Source: Candidatus Poribacteria bacterium (lineage in GTDB: Bacteria; Poribacteria; WGA-4E; PCPOR2b). Taken from it: a DNA stretch of 64,000 nt. A program made the translations under genes and the position numbers. Position 1 is the stretch's first letter, and each line of letters begins with the position of its first letter. The notes under the pieces were generated by a model. The model was not told the origin of the DNA and did no database searches. It saw only the letters and a list, made by a program, of their open reading frames with translations. The stretch is taken from positions 1 to 64,000 of the forward strand of contig OZ220744.1 of assembly GCA_965116925.1 (NCBI GenBank), read 5' to 3'. Shown piece by piece: positions 30,149 through 39,763 of the stretch.

Positions 30149-30488
30149 GCATGTGCCCCCCCGCTTAAAGATGGCGGTGCACCAACACAGACCTGAAATC
30201 ATTGTCTGGTGCATCGGTGATCCCGGTACGCCCTCACGCGGTACGCTTGACCCGGATATTCTACTCTGGTGCGAGGCGAACGGGTTCTCGTTGGTAACGG
30301 AAAATCGGGGGTCAATGCCTATTCACCTCCGAGACCATCTTGCAGCGGGACACCATGTGCCAACCATCTTCATCTTGAATGACGAGATGTCAATAGGGCA
30401 AACAGCAGAGGAACTGGTGCTAATATCGGTAGCGGCACAACCAGACGAATATGCCGATATGATCAGATTTCTTCCTATCAGTTCTTGA
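30120..30488 (+). CDS. DUF5615 PIN-like putative toxin
   Basis: YLLDEHV, GTLDPDILLWC, LVTENR..M..H motifs; overlaps the DUF433 gene. Confidence 0.82.
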   Translation: MNARKYLLDEHVPPRLKMAVHQHRPEIIVWCIGDPGTPSRGTLDPDILLWCEANGFSLVTENRGSMPIHLRDHLAAGHHVPTIFILNDEMSIGQTAEELVLISVAAQPDEYADMIRFLPISS

Positions 30489-30752
30489 CGATTGTGGCAA
30501 ATTCACAACCACTGCGTCTCCTTGCACGTTTCCAAAAGATTCGCCACTGTTTCCTGCGCTTCAATTCGTCCACCTTTGAAGACAATGATGGAAAGTTCCG
30601 GTTTCCCGCGAATGATATACAACCGCTGTGTAAGTTCTATTTGTAAGACGTAAAATGAATTGAGGATCTCAACGTAGTCGTTCAGCACTCACTGGCGTTA
30701 TCTCTTAACAGAACGGTTACTCTCAACATTTCTTAGTTGAAAGGAGTTTCAC

Positions 30753-31616
30753 ATGCTAACCCAAGAACAGATCGACTTTTACAATGAAAATGGTTATCTC
30801 GGTGTCGAAAATGTGCTTTCGGTGGAGGAGGTTGCTGATCTGCGCCGTGCCACAGATGAGTTTGTTGAAAAGTCCCGTGAGGTCACTGAACATACCGATG
30901 TGTTTGACCTTGAACCGGGGCATACCCCAGCAAACCCGCGTGTGCGTCGAATCAAGAATCCCGTCTTACACCATATTGTCTATGAGCGGACGCTACACCA
31001 TAACCGCATCCTTGACATCGTTGAACAGTTGATTGGTCCCGGCGTGAGCCATAATGGTCACAAACTCAACATGAAATACCCCGAATTTGGCAGTCCCGTT
31101 GAATGGCATCAGGATTGGGCGTTCTACCCTTATACCAACGATGACCTGCTGGCAGTAGGTGTAGCGATTGACGATATGTCGCTAGAAAATGGTTGTCTGA
31201 TGGTTGTGCCCGGCTCCCATAAGGGACCGACCTATGACCATCACCAAGATGGAGTCTTCGTCGGTGCGGTAACGGATCCCAACTTCAATGCGGATAACGC
31301 CGTCCCTGTGCAAGTCAAAGCCGGCGGCATCTCGATTCACCATGTCCGTACGCTGCACGGTTCCGCCCCCAATAGTTCCAGCAACCCTCGCCGTCTGTTG
31401 TTGCTTCAGTATTGCGCCCTCGACGCTTGGCCCATACATAGTGGGGATTGGAACGTTTTCAAATCCTTCGCGCTGCGTGGAGAACCCACGAATCAACCAC
31501 GTGTCGTTTCCACTCCTGTCCGCATTCCTCAACCGTCTTCCGACCGAACGGGGTCAATCTACGAGGTGCAAACGCTTCTCGAAAATCCCATCTTTGCACA
31601 GAAGAAAGTCAAATAA
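30753..31616 (+). CDS. PhyH-family Fe(II)/2-oxoglutarate dioxygenase
   Basis: FYNENGYL, WHQDWAF, ENGCL.VVPGSH and HGSAPN motifs. Confidence 0.92.
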   Translation: MLTQEQIDFYNENGYLGVENVLSVEEVADLRRATDEFVEKSREVTEHTDVFDLEPGHTPANPRVRRIKNPVLHHIVYERTLHHNRILDIVEQLIGPGVSHNGHKLNMKYPEFGSPVEWHQDWAFYPYTNDDLLAVGVAIDDMSLENGCLMVVPGSHKGPTYDHHQDGVFVGAVTDPNFNADNAVPVQVKAGGISIHHVRTLHGSAPNSSSNPRRLLLLQYCALDAWPIHSGDWNVFKSFALRGEPTNQPRVVSTPVRIPQPSSDRTGSIYEVQTLLENPIFAQKKVK

Positions 31617-31676
31617 ACAACGCCCTCTCTTAGAGAAGGTGATAAGTCGAGACAGAGAACTCAAGGAGATGATCTC

Positions 31677-32468
31677 ATGGGGAACGGTATTGTGAGGGAT
31701 AGGTTCTGGATCTGGGGGCACCATGCCGGTAGCCACAATGATCACTGGGGATTGACCGCTACTTCACGGATGACGCCAGCAGAAGGTGCTTTCTATCTTA
31801 ACGTGCCCAACATGATATTGGTGCGTTATCATGATTTGCCGCAACCGCCGTATGAACAGTACGCACTGGCGTTGCGGTCGTTGAAACAGGTCGTATGGTC
31901 TATCGTTGGGGCAGGTGGTGCCACGGAGCATTACGAGGTGGAAGCAGCCCGCAATCTGGCGGAAAAATTCCCGAATTTTACCGGCGTGATGATGGATGAT
32001 TTCTTCAGTGACCCTGCAACCGGTAAGGTCGCTGTCCATGATGTCGAATCGCTGGATGCCATTCAAAAACAGTTGACCGTAGTGGATCGGAAGTTAGATC
32101 TGTGGGTTGTTCTCTACAACCATCAGCTCGAACACCCCGTCGGTCCGCATCTGGAAACTTGCGATGTTGTCACCTTCTGGACGTGGACTGCCGACCAATT
32201 GGTGGATCTGGAGAAAAACTTCCAGCGTGCCGAAGAACTTGCTCTATCACCCCGCAAAATACTCGGCTGCTACATGTACGATTACGGTAGTCGCAAACCG
32301 ATGCCGGTTGACTTGATGCGACATCAGTGTGAACTCGGTCTGCAATGGCTCTGTGACGGTCGTATTGATGGGATGATCTTTCTCGCCAGTTGTATCTGCG
32401 ATTTGGAATTAGAAGCCGTCGAGTGGACGCGAGGATGGATTCAGGAAGTCGGCGATACGCCACTCTGA
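31677..32468 (+). CDS. Hypothetical protein (possible glycoside-hydrolase-like TIM barrel)
   Basis: Good SD (AAGGAG); alternating beta/alpha pattern with GVMMDDFF and aromatic-rich strands. The fold is inferred. Confidence 0.6.
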   Translation: MGNGIVRDRFWIWGHHAGSHNDHWGLTATSRMTPAEGAFYLNVPNMILVRYHDLPQPPYEQYALALRSLKQVVWSIVGAGGATEHYEVEAARNLAEKFPNFTGVMMDDFFSDPATGKVAVHDVESLDAIQKQLTVVDRKLDLWVVLYNHQLEHPVGPHLETCDVVTFWTWTADQLVDLEKNFQRAEELALSPRKILGCYMYDYGSRKPMPVDLMRHQCELGLQWLCDGRIDGMIFLASCICDLELEAVEWTRGWIQEVGDTPL

Positions 32469-32516
32469 TACATAATACCCCAAGTTGCTAGTCACTCAAA
32501 ATCCATTGACTCTCTC

Positions 32517-32539
32517 GTAGGGGCGGGGTTCCCCCGCCC
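32517..32539 (+). repeat. GTAG-type REP-like palindrome
   Basis: GTAG-GGGCGGGG-TTC-CCCCGCCC. Confidence 0.65.
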
Positions 32540-32556
32540 GTCAAGCACCCTACCTT

Positions 32557-32624
32557 TCGCTCCAGAGGAGCGATATGTCTATAGAACGGTGATAGGATTA
32601 ATCCCTGCGCTCCAGAGGAGCGCA
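32557..32624. repeat. Two palindromic direct repeats CGCTCCAGAGGAGCG
   Basis: Copies at 32558-32572 and 32608-32622, 50 bp apart, each followed by similar ATGT.TA.AG sequence. Confidence 0.7.
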
Positions 32625-32672
32625 ATGTGTACAGCAAAAGCCAATCATCATACCTCTAAATCGTGATGGGGC

Positions 32673-33899
32673 TTGGTACAAAGGATAGATACAGGCATCA
32701 TGATAGAAGCCGCTCAGAATGTAACCGATTTTTATGAGAAGAGTTCCTTCACTTCTGGACTGCAAGAGGCGATTGATGCCCTCCCCAAGAGTGGAGGGCT
32801 TGTCTGGGTACCACCGGGGGTTTATACCCTACATCGCCATGTACGGCTGCGCTCCAACGTCACTATCCGTGGTGCGGGGCAATCCAGTCGCATCGTCCGT
32901 GCGCCGGAGATTTCTTCCCCACTTATGAACGAAGCCCAAGCGGGTGAGACTTCCGTTCACGTTGAAAACGGATCGGAATTTACCGTTGGCATGGAAGTCA
33001 GTGTGTTCGACAAGGCACAACACGGTTGGTACGCCACACACGCTTTCATTGTGGACATCAACGAAAACCGGCTCCATCTGGATCGACCTATCAATCGTCC
33101 CTGCCATCCAGAGCGGAATGGTGGGGTAGCTCACGCTTTTTCGGCATTTGTGGGTTGGGAAGAGCGCGGGTGTGAATTGGAATCACTCTGCATTGATGGG
33201 AGTAATGCAAACGGTCAGAGTGTTTTTGTCGACTTTACCGTGTCTGCCATACATCTAGTGCGGACGGTAGATGCCCGTGTGAGGGGATGCGTCGTACAGC
33301 ATTGGCTCGCGGACGGTGTAAGCGTTCAGGGAGGAGTTGGAGCGATTGTCAGCGACTGCCTCGCCGAAGGCTGTCTGGGACACGGTTTCCACCCCGGCAC
33401 CTCCGTCCAGCACAGTCTCTGGACAAACAACATCGGGCGGGATAATGGTCGCGATGGACTCTATTTCTGTATGAACGTCCGCCATTCCGTTGTCAGCGAA
33501 AGCACCTTTTACGGCAACCACCGGCACGGCATCGGCGGTCTAGCCGACGGCGGCGATCAATACAACATCGTTGCCAACAACACCTGTGTGGACAATGCCC
33601 ATCACGGCATCGAAGCCTCTCGTGGCAGAGATAACACTATCAACAGCAATATCTGCTTGAACAACTCACAGGAGGAACCGGGCAAATATAGTGGAATTGC
33701 CCTGATAGATGTCAGCGAGATGACGGTCACCGGCAATAGATGTCTCGACGATCAGGACACACAAACGCAAGCCTACGGGGTTGAAGAAGGTGGGACAAGC
33801 GATAAGAACCTCATCGTTGCCAACCATTGTCAGGGAAATCTCGTGGGCGGTGTGATCACTGTCGGTGCTGATACAAAATCTGCGGACAACCTTGAATAG
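32673..33899 (+). CDS. Right-handed parallel beta-helix (pectate-lyase-like) protein
   Basis: 'LQEAIDAL...GG.V.VPPG.Y' cap and repeated N...N...G(I) helix rungs; no signal peptide; start may be 32700. Confidence 0.82.
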   Translation: MVQRIDTGIMIEAAQNVTDFYEKSSFTSGLQEAIDALPKSGGLVWVPPGVYTLHRHVRLRSNVTIRGAGQSSRIVRAPEISSPLMNEAQAGETSVHVENGSEFTVGMEVSVFDKAQHGWYATHAFIVDINENRLHLDRPINRPCHPERNGGVAHAFSAFVGWEERGCELESLCIDGSNANGQSVFVDFTVSAIHLVRTVDARVRGCVVQHWLADGVSVQGGVGAIVSDCLAEGCLGHGFHPGTSVQHSLWTNNIGRDNGRDGLYFCMNVRHSVVSESTFYGNHRHGIGGLADGGDQYNIVANNTCVDNAHHGIEASRGRDNTINSNICLNNSQEEPGKYSGIALIDVSEMTVTGNRCLDDQDTQTQAYGVEEGGTSDKNLIVANHCQGNLVGGVITVGADTKSADNLE

Positions 33900-33915
33900 A
33901 ACTGATCTACCTTCC

Positions 33916-33941
33916 GTAGGCGGGGCATCTTGCCCCGCCTA
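33916..33941. terminator. GTAG-initiated hairpin between convergent genes
   Basis: TAGGCGGGGCA-TCT-TGCCCCGCCTA, a perfect 11-bp stem. Confidence 0.65.
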
Positions 33942-34012
33942 TTCGCCCTTTGTTAAAACCTCAGCTTCTGTTGCACTGGTACAAAATACCCCCACCATCC
34001 AAAAAAATCCTG

Positions 34013-34666
34013 CTATTCCGGTTCATTCTCCGCCGCCCGCGGTGCGAGTTCATTCCACACTTCGCCAAACTCATAAACCTTCTTGTACATCGTGTAGACC
34101 CCTTCCCACATCGCTTTCCGTGCCTCAACGGCAGCGGGATTATCCCCATTAGCGTGAAGTTCCTTGAGTTTAGCCCCCATCTCTTTTTGTGCACGGGCAC
34201 AGGCTTGCGCTGCCTCCGCAAGGCTTTCAGCAACCTCAACATGGTGGTCAATCAGTTCTTCAATCGGTTTGTTTGGGTCCTCATCTAGGTCGTAGGCGTT
34301 GGGCGATGCGAACCGATGCGGCAGCCGTTCTCCGTCCTCTGTCCGTGGGGTATGGGTCGGATGGATGTGTGGTGTCACCGAGAGGTACATGATCATCGGT
34401 TCATCCCCGATTACGCGTACTCGGTGGACCTCGTCGGCTAGGGCAACGCACATTTGACCGGGCCCCAGTTTCTCAACCCCATCACCAATCTCGAAAATAA
34501 CCCGTCCTTCAAGGATGAGAAAAATTTCATGTCCCAAGTCGTGGCTGTGAATATCGGCGACTGAACCGGGCTCCATCCGCAAAAAACGGGAGCGGATCTG
34601 TGGCGTAACCAATACATTACGAATGTCCTCGTCGTTATGATAATCGTAGATAGCAAAACTCATCAT
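34013..34666 (-). CDS. Cupin domain protein with helical C-terminal domain
   Basis: HSHDLGHEIF..LEG…PG……DEVH cupin motifs; GGAGG SD. Confidence 0.85.
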   Translation of the reverse strand: MMSFAIYDYHNDEDIRNVLVTPQIRSRFLRMEPGSVADIHSHDLGHEIFLILEGRVIFEIGDGVEKLGPGQMCVALADEVHRVRVIGDEPMIMYLSVTPHIHPTHTPRTEDGERLPHRFASPNAYDLDEDPNKPIEELIDHHVEVAESLAEAAQACARAQKEMGAKLKELHANGDNPAAVEARKAMWEGVYTMYKKVYEFGEVWNELAPRAAENEPE

Positions 34667-34741
34667 TTTCCTCCAATTTTCAATATCGGTTGATAGTAAC
34701 GGGTTTTCTAAATAATCAGAAAAATCCTTTGATCTCGTTCA

Positions 34742-34769
34742 AGTGTATCAAATTTCGCTGAAAAGTCAA
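34742..34769 (-). promoter_or_regulatory. Putative sigma-70 promoter of the cupin gene
   Basis: TTGACT-16 nt-TACACT with extended -10 TG. Confidence 0.5.
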
Positions 34770-34809
34770 ATGCTAAAACGTAGTCTCTATGCTTTGAAGG
34801 TTTTTTGTA

Positions 34810-34838
34810 TTGACCAGCGTTCCTCAATTACGTATAAT
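34810..34838 (+). promoter_or_regulatory. Near-consensus sigma-70 promoter
   Basis: TTGACC-17 nt-TATAAT. Confidence 0.7.
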
Positions 34839-34891
34839 GGATTGACCATTGATTGTTAATGACAATAGGTAATCCAAAAGGAGAATCAGCG

Positions 34892-35944
34892 ATGGCAGAA
34901 AAGAGATACCGAGTCGGCGTAGTGGGGCTATCGGGAATCGGGGCAAATCGTTTGGAAGCGGATTCAGAAGCGGTGCTGAACACCCCGATGCCGGGTTCGC
35001 ATGTCGCATCTTATGCAGCACTCCCACACACAGATCTGGTTGCGGTGTGCGATCTGAAAACAGAGTTGTTTGACCAGTTTAAGGAACGATGGGGTGATGT
35101 GCTTCCTGATGTACAGACCTATACAGACTACCGTGAGATGCTTGAAAAAGAGAGCCTCGACCTCCTCAGCGTTGTCACCTCCGACAACCGCCACACCGAT
35201 ATTGTGGTTGACGCAGCAAACGCGGGAATAAAGGGGATAGCCTGCGAAAAACCGCTTGCCACAACGGTTGACGACTGCAATCGCATGATCGCTGCGTGCG
35301 AAGCGAACGGTGTGCCAATTTCGATTGACCACACCCGAAGATGGTGGCCCGCCTATCATCGCGCCCGCAAGGCGATCCGAGAAGGGGCAATCGGTGGTGT
35401 GCGCCGCATTGTGGCACACATGGGCGGTCCCCGAGCCATGCTGTTCCGCAACGGTACGCACCTGATTGACGGTGTCTGCTTCTTTGCTGAATCTGAACCG
35501 GAGTGGGTGTTTGCAGAATTAGATGAGGGCTTTGAAGACTACTTTTCCTACCGTGGCGATGGCGGACGTAGCCCGGCTGGCGACCCCGGTGGCAGTGGAT
35601 ATGTTCATTTCAAGAATGGTGTCCGGGCACTCGTTAACGCATCGAAGGGGCAAGCGAGCGGTTTCTGTCTTGAGATCATTGGTGAGGAAGGACGTTTGGA
35701 TGTAGAAAATACAGTGACTTTGTCGACCGGTGCCAGTAGATCTGAGCTGCTCGACCTACCGCCACACATGATAACTGGTATCCCCGCCTACATCGAAGAG
35801 CTCATTGGAGTGATAGAGAACGGTGGCGAACTACTCTCTCCTGCGTCGGAAGCGAAGAAAGTGGTCGAGATCATTGTCGGATTCCTCAAGTCGCAAGAGC
35901 GCGGGAATGTGCGTGTAGACCTGCCACTACCGCCGGGAAATTGA
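34892..35944 (+). CDS. Gfo/Idh/MocA-family oxidoreductase
   Basis: VGVVGLSG, CEKPLA and NGTHLID motifs; start reassigned to 34892 after AAGGAG. Confidence 0.9.
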   Translation: MAEKRYRVGVVGLSGIGANRLEADSEAVLNTPMPGSHVASYAALPHTDLVAVCDLKTELFDQFKERWGDVLPDVQTYTDYREMLEKESLDLLSVVTSDNRHTDIVVDAANAGIKGIACEKPLATTVDDCNRMIAACEANGVPISIDHTRRWWPAYHRARKAIREGAIGGVRRIVAHMGGPRAMLFRNGTHLIDGVCFFAESEPEWVFAELDEGFEDYFSYRGDGGRSPAGDPGGSGYVHFKNGVRALVNASKGQASGFCLEIIGEEGRLDVENTVTLSTGASRSELLDLPPHMITGIPAYIEELIGVIENGGELLSPASEAKKVVEIIVGFLKSQERGNVRVDLPLPPGN

Positions 35945-35985
35945 TACCGTATCCAATAGTTAGATGATTTGTCAAGAGGTGGAAT

Positions 35986-36744
35986 ATGCACATTCAGTAT
36001 ACAGACCTACCCGAACCAAAATCGCTGCTCGAAGGGACGACCCTTGAATACGCGACACAAGATCAGGACTGTCGTTCTCTTGAGCGGTTCGCTATCCGTA
36101 CCCTCAATGCAGGGATGCGTACTCCAAAGATTATTGATGAATCGCGTGAATCATTTTGGATTATAATCAGTGGGGAAGGGACGATGGCGCGTGGCAACGA
36201 AACCACCCGAATCCGACCACGAGATCTGATCATCACGCCGCCGGGAGTGCCCCATTCGCTTACCGCCGGGGATACACCCGTCAAATGGTTTGACGTTGCG
36301 TTCCATTCCGTCACTTGGGAGATTGCTGCGGAGGCGTTGGGAGATGGTATTGGAGATCCACATGGCGACCATGTTCACGGCAAGCCGTCACTGGTCCGAG
36401 GTGAAGAGCTGCCGCCACAAGAGGGGGATTCTTGCTACCGGTATCCGCACGCTCGACCGCATTCAACGTTAGATCATTGGGATCAGAATAGCAGTGAGCC
36501 CGGAGCGCGTGCCGCCAACCATGTCCACGACAGCCACGAGGAGTTCTGGTATATCCACGAAGGTTCAGGGCATGTCGAACAAAACGGGCAGATCTTTGAG
36601 GTTTCAGCGGGAGATCTTATCGGACATGCGCCGGGCGTCCATCATACGCTCATCGCTGAAAAGGAACCGATCCGTTGGTACTGCTTCTGTATGAATCGCT
36701 GGCTGATGCCGCTTGTCAAAGACGCGCTTGTTGATGAGGCGTAA
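35986..36744 (+). CDS. Bicupin protein
   Basis: Two cupin repeats (ESFWIIISGEG…PPGVPH; HVHDSHEEFWYIHEGSG…APGVHH). Confidence 0.85.
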   Translation: MHIQYTDLPEPKSLLEGTTLEYATQDQDCRSLERFAIRTLNAGMRTPKIIDESRESFWIIISGEGTMARGNETTRIRPRDLIITPPGVPHSLTAGDTPVKWFDVAFHSVTWEIAAEALGDGIGDPHGDHVHGKPSLVRGEELPPQEGDSCYRYPHARPHSTLDHWDQNSSEPGARAANHVHDSHEEFWYIHEGSGHVEQNGQIFEVSAGDLIGHAPGVHHTLIAEKEPIRWYCFCMNRWLMPLVKDALVDEA

Positions 36745-36805
36745 CCGGACTGGATAATCTCTCACAATCCAAGATGAAGCTCCCCTGTATTTGAAAGAAG
36801 GCTAA

Positions 36806-39493
36806 ATGAATGAGCTTACCAAAATTCTAGCAACGATCCAACGTCCGTTTCAGCAGGAAATTCGGAGCGGTTGCAAAGACAGTGTGGTGATTAACGGCTT
36901 AGGTGCCTATGTCCAACTCTGGGTTAGGAATGCCGAAAAGTTGACGCTTAATCCCACTGAAAAGCAGATGTTGGCTTCGCTTGTGAATCTGTTTTCAGAT
37001 TATGGGGCGTTATCGCCGACGAAGCGTCGGGAGGCCGTGGAAACCGCTATCGAACAGATTGAAGGGATAGAATCAGGAAATCAGAAGGCATCGCCGACTA
37101 AAAAACCTGCGGCAACAGCGGGAGCAGACGATCTTCCTCTGTTTCAATCATCGCCTAGCCAATCGTCAAAGGCACCTGCTCCTCCGGTGGAACGCGCCGG
37201 GAAGGGTAAAAGTCAACAAACGCTTTTTCCTGCCACCCCAGAGGGCAGTGGAACGCCAGAGACGATTAAACCGTCCTCTTCAAATTTCACAGTCCAGCCC
37301 GATTCATCGGAATCTCAAATTTCACATGATGATCCACAATCTGCCCCCCCAGCAAAGGTAGAGATTAAAGATGTCCCTATCTCAACCGATCCGGTGTCGC
37401 TGGAATTCTTGGAAACGGAAATCCAATATGCCAGTGGAATCGGACCGCGTCGAGCAGCGAGACTGATAGCAGAACTCAATATCCGTACTATTCGCGATCT
37501 GCTGGAATACTACCCGCGCGACTATCTCGATCGAGGGCATTTCCGGTCAATTTATGACGTAGGACGTACCGGCGAATACGAAACGATTCAAGGCGTAGTG
37601 GTCAATCAAAGTGAATTCACGCCGAATCGCAAGGGAGCAAAGTCCGTCGGCAAGATTGCTGTCTATGACCAAGCCGGCGTGGCGCAGCTGGTCAACTTTG
37701 GACGTCGTGTCGGCTATCTCAAGAACCTACTGAAAGTCGGCACACCTGTTGTCGTGAGCGGCAAATTTACCCGCCGCAACAACGAAATCCAAACCACCGA
37801 TTTTGATTTTGAGGTACTTGAAGCGGAGGACGCAGATCTTATCCATACGGGTAGGATCGTACCTAAGTACGCGCTGACAGCGAAGTTGACCCAACGGATG
37901 CTTCGCCAGTGGACCAAGACAGTCGTAGACGGGTATGCCGAGGGATATCCAGAGATTTTGCCGCTCGACATCCGACAACGAAATCAATTGATAGATCGGT
38001 GCACGGCGATCCAAGAGGTGCACTTCCCCTCATCCGAGGGGTATAAAGATGCAGCGCGAAGGCGGTTGGCGTTCGATGAGTTTTTCCTTCTAGAATTGGG
38101 ACTTGAACTGAAAAAAGAACGCTGGAAAGCGGAGGAGAAAGGAATTGCTTTCCAAGTCGAAGGTGAGCTGTTAGATCGGTTTATTGAGGCGTTGCCCTTC
38201 CAACTGACCGCCGCGCAGAAACGGGTGATTGAAGATATTAAATTGGATATGGCGAACGGTCAGGCGATGAATCGATTGCTTCAAGGAGATGTCGGATCCG
38301 GAAAAACAATCGTTGGAGCAGTCGCGCTGTTGTGCGCGATTCAGAGCGGGTATCAGGGGGCACTGATGGTGCCCACAGAAATCCTTGCCGAACAGCATAC
38401 CTACAACCTGTCGGAATTGCTTGAACCGCTGGGCTTGAAAGTCGTCCTACTCAAAAGCGATCTTTCCAAAACAGAGCGTGACGAAGCCCTCGCTGCTATT
38501 GCTGATGGTTCGGCTCACGTCGTTGTCGGGACGCACGCCCTAATCCAAGAGGGTGTCGAGTTTCATCAGCTTGGGCTCGTAATCATTGATGAGCAACACC
38601 GATTCGGTGTGATGCAACGTGCGACACTCCGTGATAAAGGGACAACTCCGGATGTCTTGGTTATGACGGCGACCCCCATCCCGCGGACCCTCGCCCTGAC
38701 AATTTATGGCGACCTCAATGTGTCCGTGATTGACGAAATGCCGCCGGGGCGTCAGAAGATAACGACAAGATGGGTGAAGGAAAAGGATCGCGAAAAACTG
38801 TACGCGCAGATAGAGAAGGAGGTCCAACGTGGGCGACAGGCGTACATCGTTTATCCACTTGTTGAGGAGTCAGAAAAGTTAGAGGAAATTAAGGCGGCAA
38901 CGGAGATGGCAGACCACTTTCAGACGAATGTGTTTCCGCATCTACGAGTCGGGTTGTTACATGGACGGATGCGATCGGTGGAGAAGCAGGACGTGATGGG
39001 GTGCTTCAAAAATAAGGAGATCGATATTCTGGTGTCTACCACCGTCATCGAAGTTGGGATTGACATACCCAATGCCTCGCTCATGGTAATTGAAAACGCA
39101 GAGCGATTTGGACTGTCGCAAATGCACCAGTTACGGGGCCGTGTCGGACGCGGCAGACATAAATCCTCCTGTCATCTGATTAGTGGACCAATGACCGACG
39201 ATGGGGTGCGCCGAGTCAGGGCGATGACGCGAACTAACGATGGCTTTGAGCTTGCGGAGGCAGATTTGGAAATCCGAGGACCTGGTGAATTTTTTGGAAC
39301 TCGTCAATCCGGGCTTCCAGACTTCAAAATCGCTAATATCCTCAAAGATGCGTCATTGCTTGAGATCGCTAAGTCGGAGGCAAATCGGCTCGCTAAGGCG
39401 GATCCAAGTCTGAGCCAACCCGTGCATCAGGTGTTGAAAGAGGTGTTACAGACACAGTGGCGTGGACATTTGAAAATGGCATCAATCGGTTGA
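36806..39493 (+). CDS. recG: ATP-dependent DNA helicase RecG
   Basis: RLAFDE, LLQGDVGSGKT, PTEILAEQH, DEQHRFG, MTATPIPRTL, QLRGRVGR and GTRQSG motifs; long N-terminal extension. Confidence 0.97.
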   Translation: MNELTKILATIQRPFQQEIRSGCKDSVVINGLGAYVQLWVRNAEKLTLNPTEKQMLASLVNLFSDYGALSPTKRREAVETAIEQIEGIESGNQKASPTKKPAATAGADDLPLFQSSPSQSSKAPAPPVERAGKGKSQQTLFPATPEGSGTPETIKPSSSNFTVQPDSSESQISHDDPQSAPPAKVEIKDVPISTDPVSLEFLETEIQYASGIGPRRAARLIAELNIRTIRDLLEYYPRDYLDRGHFRSIYDVGRTGEYETIQGVVVNQSEFTPNRKGAKSVGKIAVYDQAGVAQLVNFGRRVGYLKNLLKVGTPVVVSGKFTRRNNEIQTTDFDFEVLEAEDADLIHTGRIVPKYALTAKLTQRMLRQWTKTVVDGYAEGYPEILPLDIRQRNQLIDRCTAIQEVHFPSSEGYKDAARRRLAFDEFFLLELGLELKKERWKAEEKGIAFQVEGELLDRFIEALPFQLTAAQKRVIEDIKLDMANGQAMNRLLQGDVGSGKTIVGAVALLCAIQSGYQGALMVPTEILAEQHTYNLSELLEPLGLKVVLLKSDLSKTERDEALAAIADGSAHVVVGTHALIQEGVEFHQLGLVIIDEQHRFGVMQRATLRDKGTTPDVLVMTATPIPRTLALTIYGDLNVSVIDEMPPGRQKITTRWVKEKDREKLYAQIEKEVQRGRQAYIVYPLVEESEKLEEIKAATEMADHFQTNVFPHLRVGLLHGRMRSVEKQDVMGCFKNKEIDILVSTTVIEVGIDIPNASLMVIENAERFGLSQMHQLRGRVGRGRHKSSCHLISGPMTDDGVRRVRAMTRTNDGFELAEADLEIRGPGEFFGTRQSGLPDFKIANILKDASLLEIAKSEANRLAKADPSLSQPVHQVLKEVLQTQWRGHLKMASIG

Positions 39494-39511
39494 TTGAAAG
39501 GAGTCGATAAA

Positions 39512-39697
39512 ATGTTAATGACTTATACTGCAAAATATACAAAAATAGATTCCGGGTATATGGGACAATTAGTCGAATGGCCCGAAGTAATCACCGAAGG
39601 AAGCACTTTGGAAGATTGCCGAGGAATGCTTCAAGATGCACTGCGCGAAATGATAATGGCATATCATCAGCAGAACCAAGAGATCCCGGTTGGATAA
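39512..39697 (+). CDS. HicB-family antitoxin-like small protein
   Basis: YTAKY…GYMG..VEWPEVITEG.TLEDCR.ML.DAL…EIP; AAGGAG SD. Confidence 0.8.
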   Translation: MLMTYTAKYTKIDSGYMGQLVEWPEVITEGSTLEDCRGMLQDALREMIMAYHQQNQEIPVG

Positions 39698-39763
39698 CTG
39701 TTAATCAATTGTGCAAACAAGCTGGATTGAAACTGAATTTCTGATATTGAAAGGACTGAATTT

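Noticed and set aside
32557..32624. Possible mini-CRISPR array
   Set aside because: Only two 15-bp palindromic units and no cas genes; a REP-like doublet fits better.
36806..37400. RecG N-terminal extension as a novel fusion
   Set aside because: N-terminal helical extensions with low-complexity linkers are known in RecG from several phyla.
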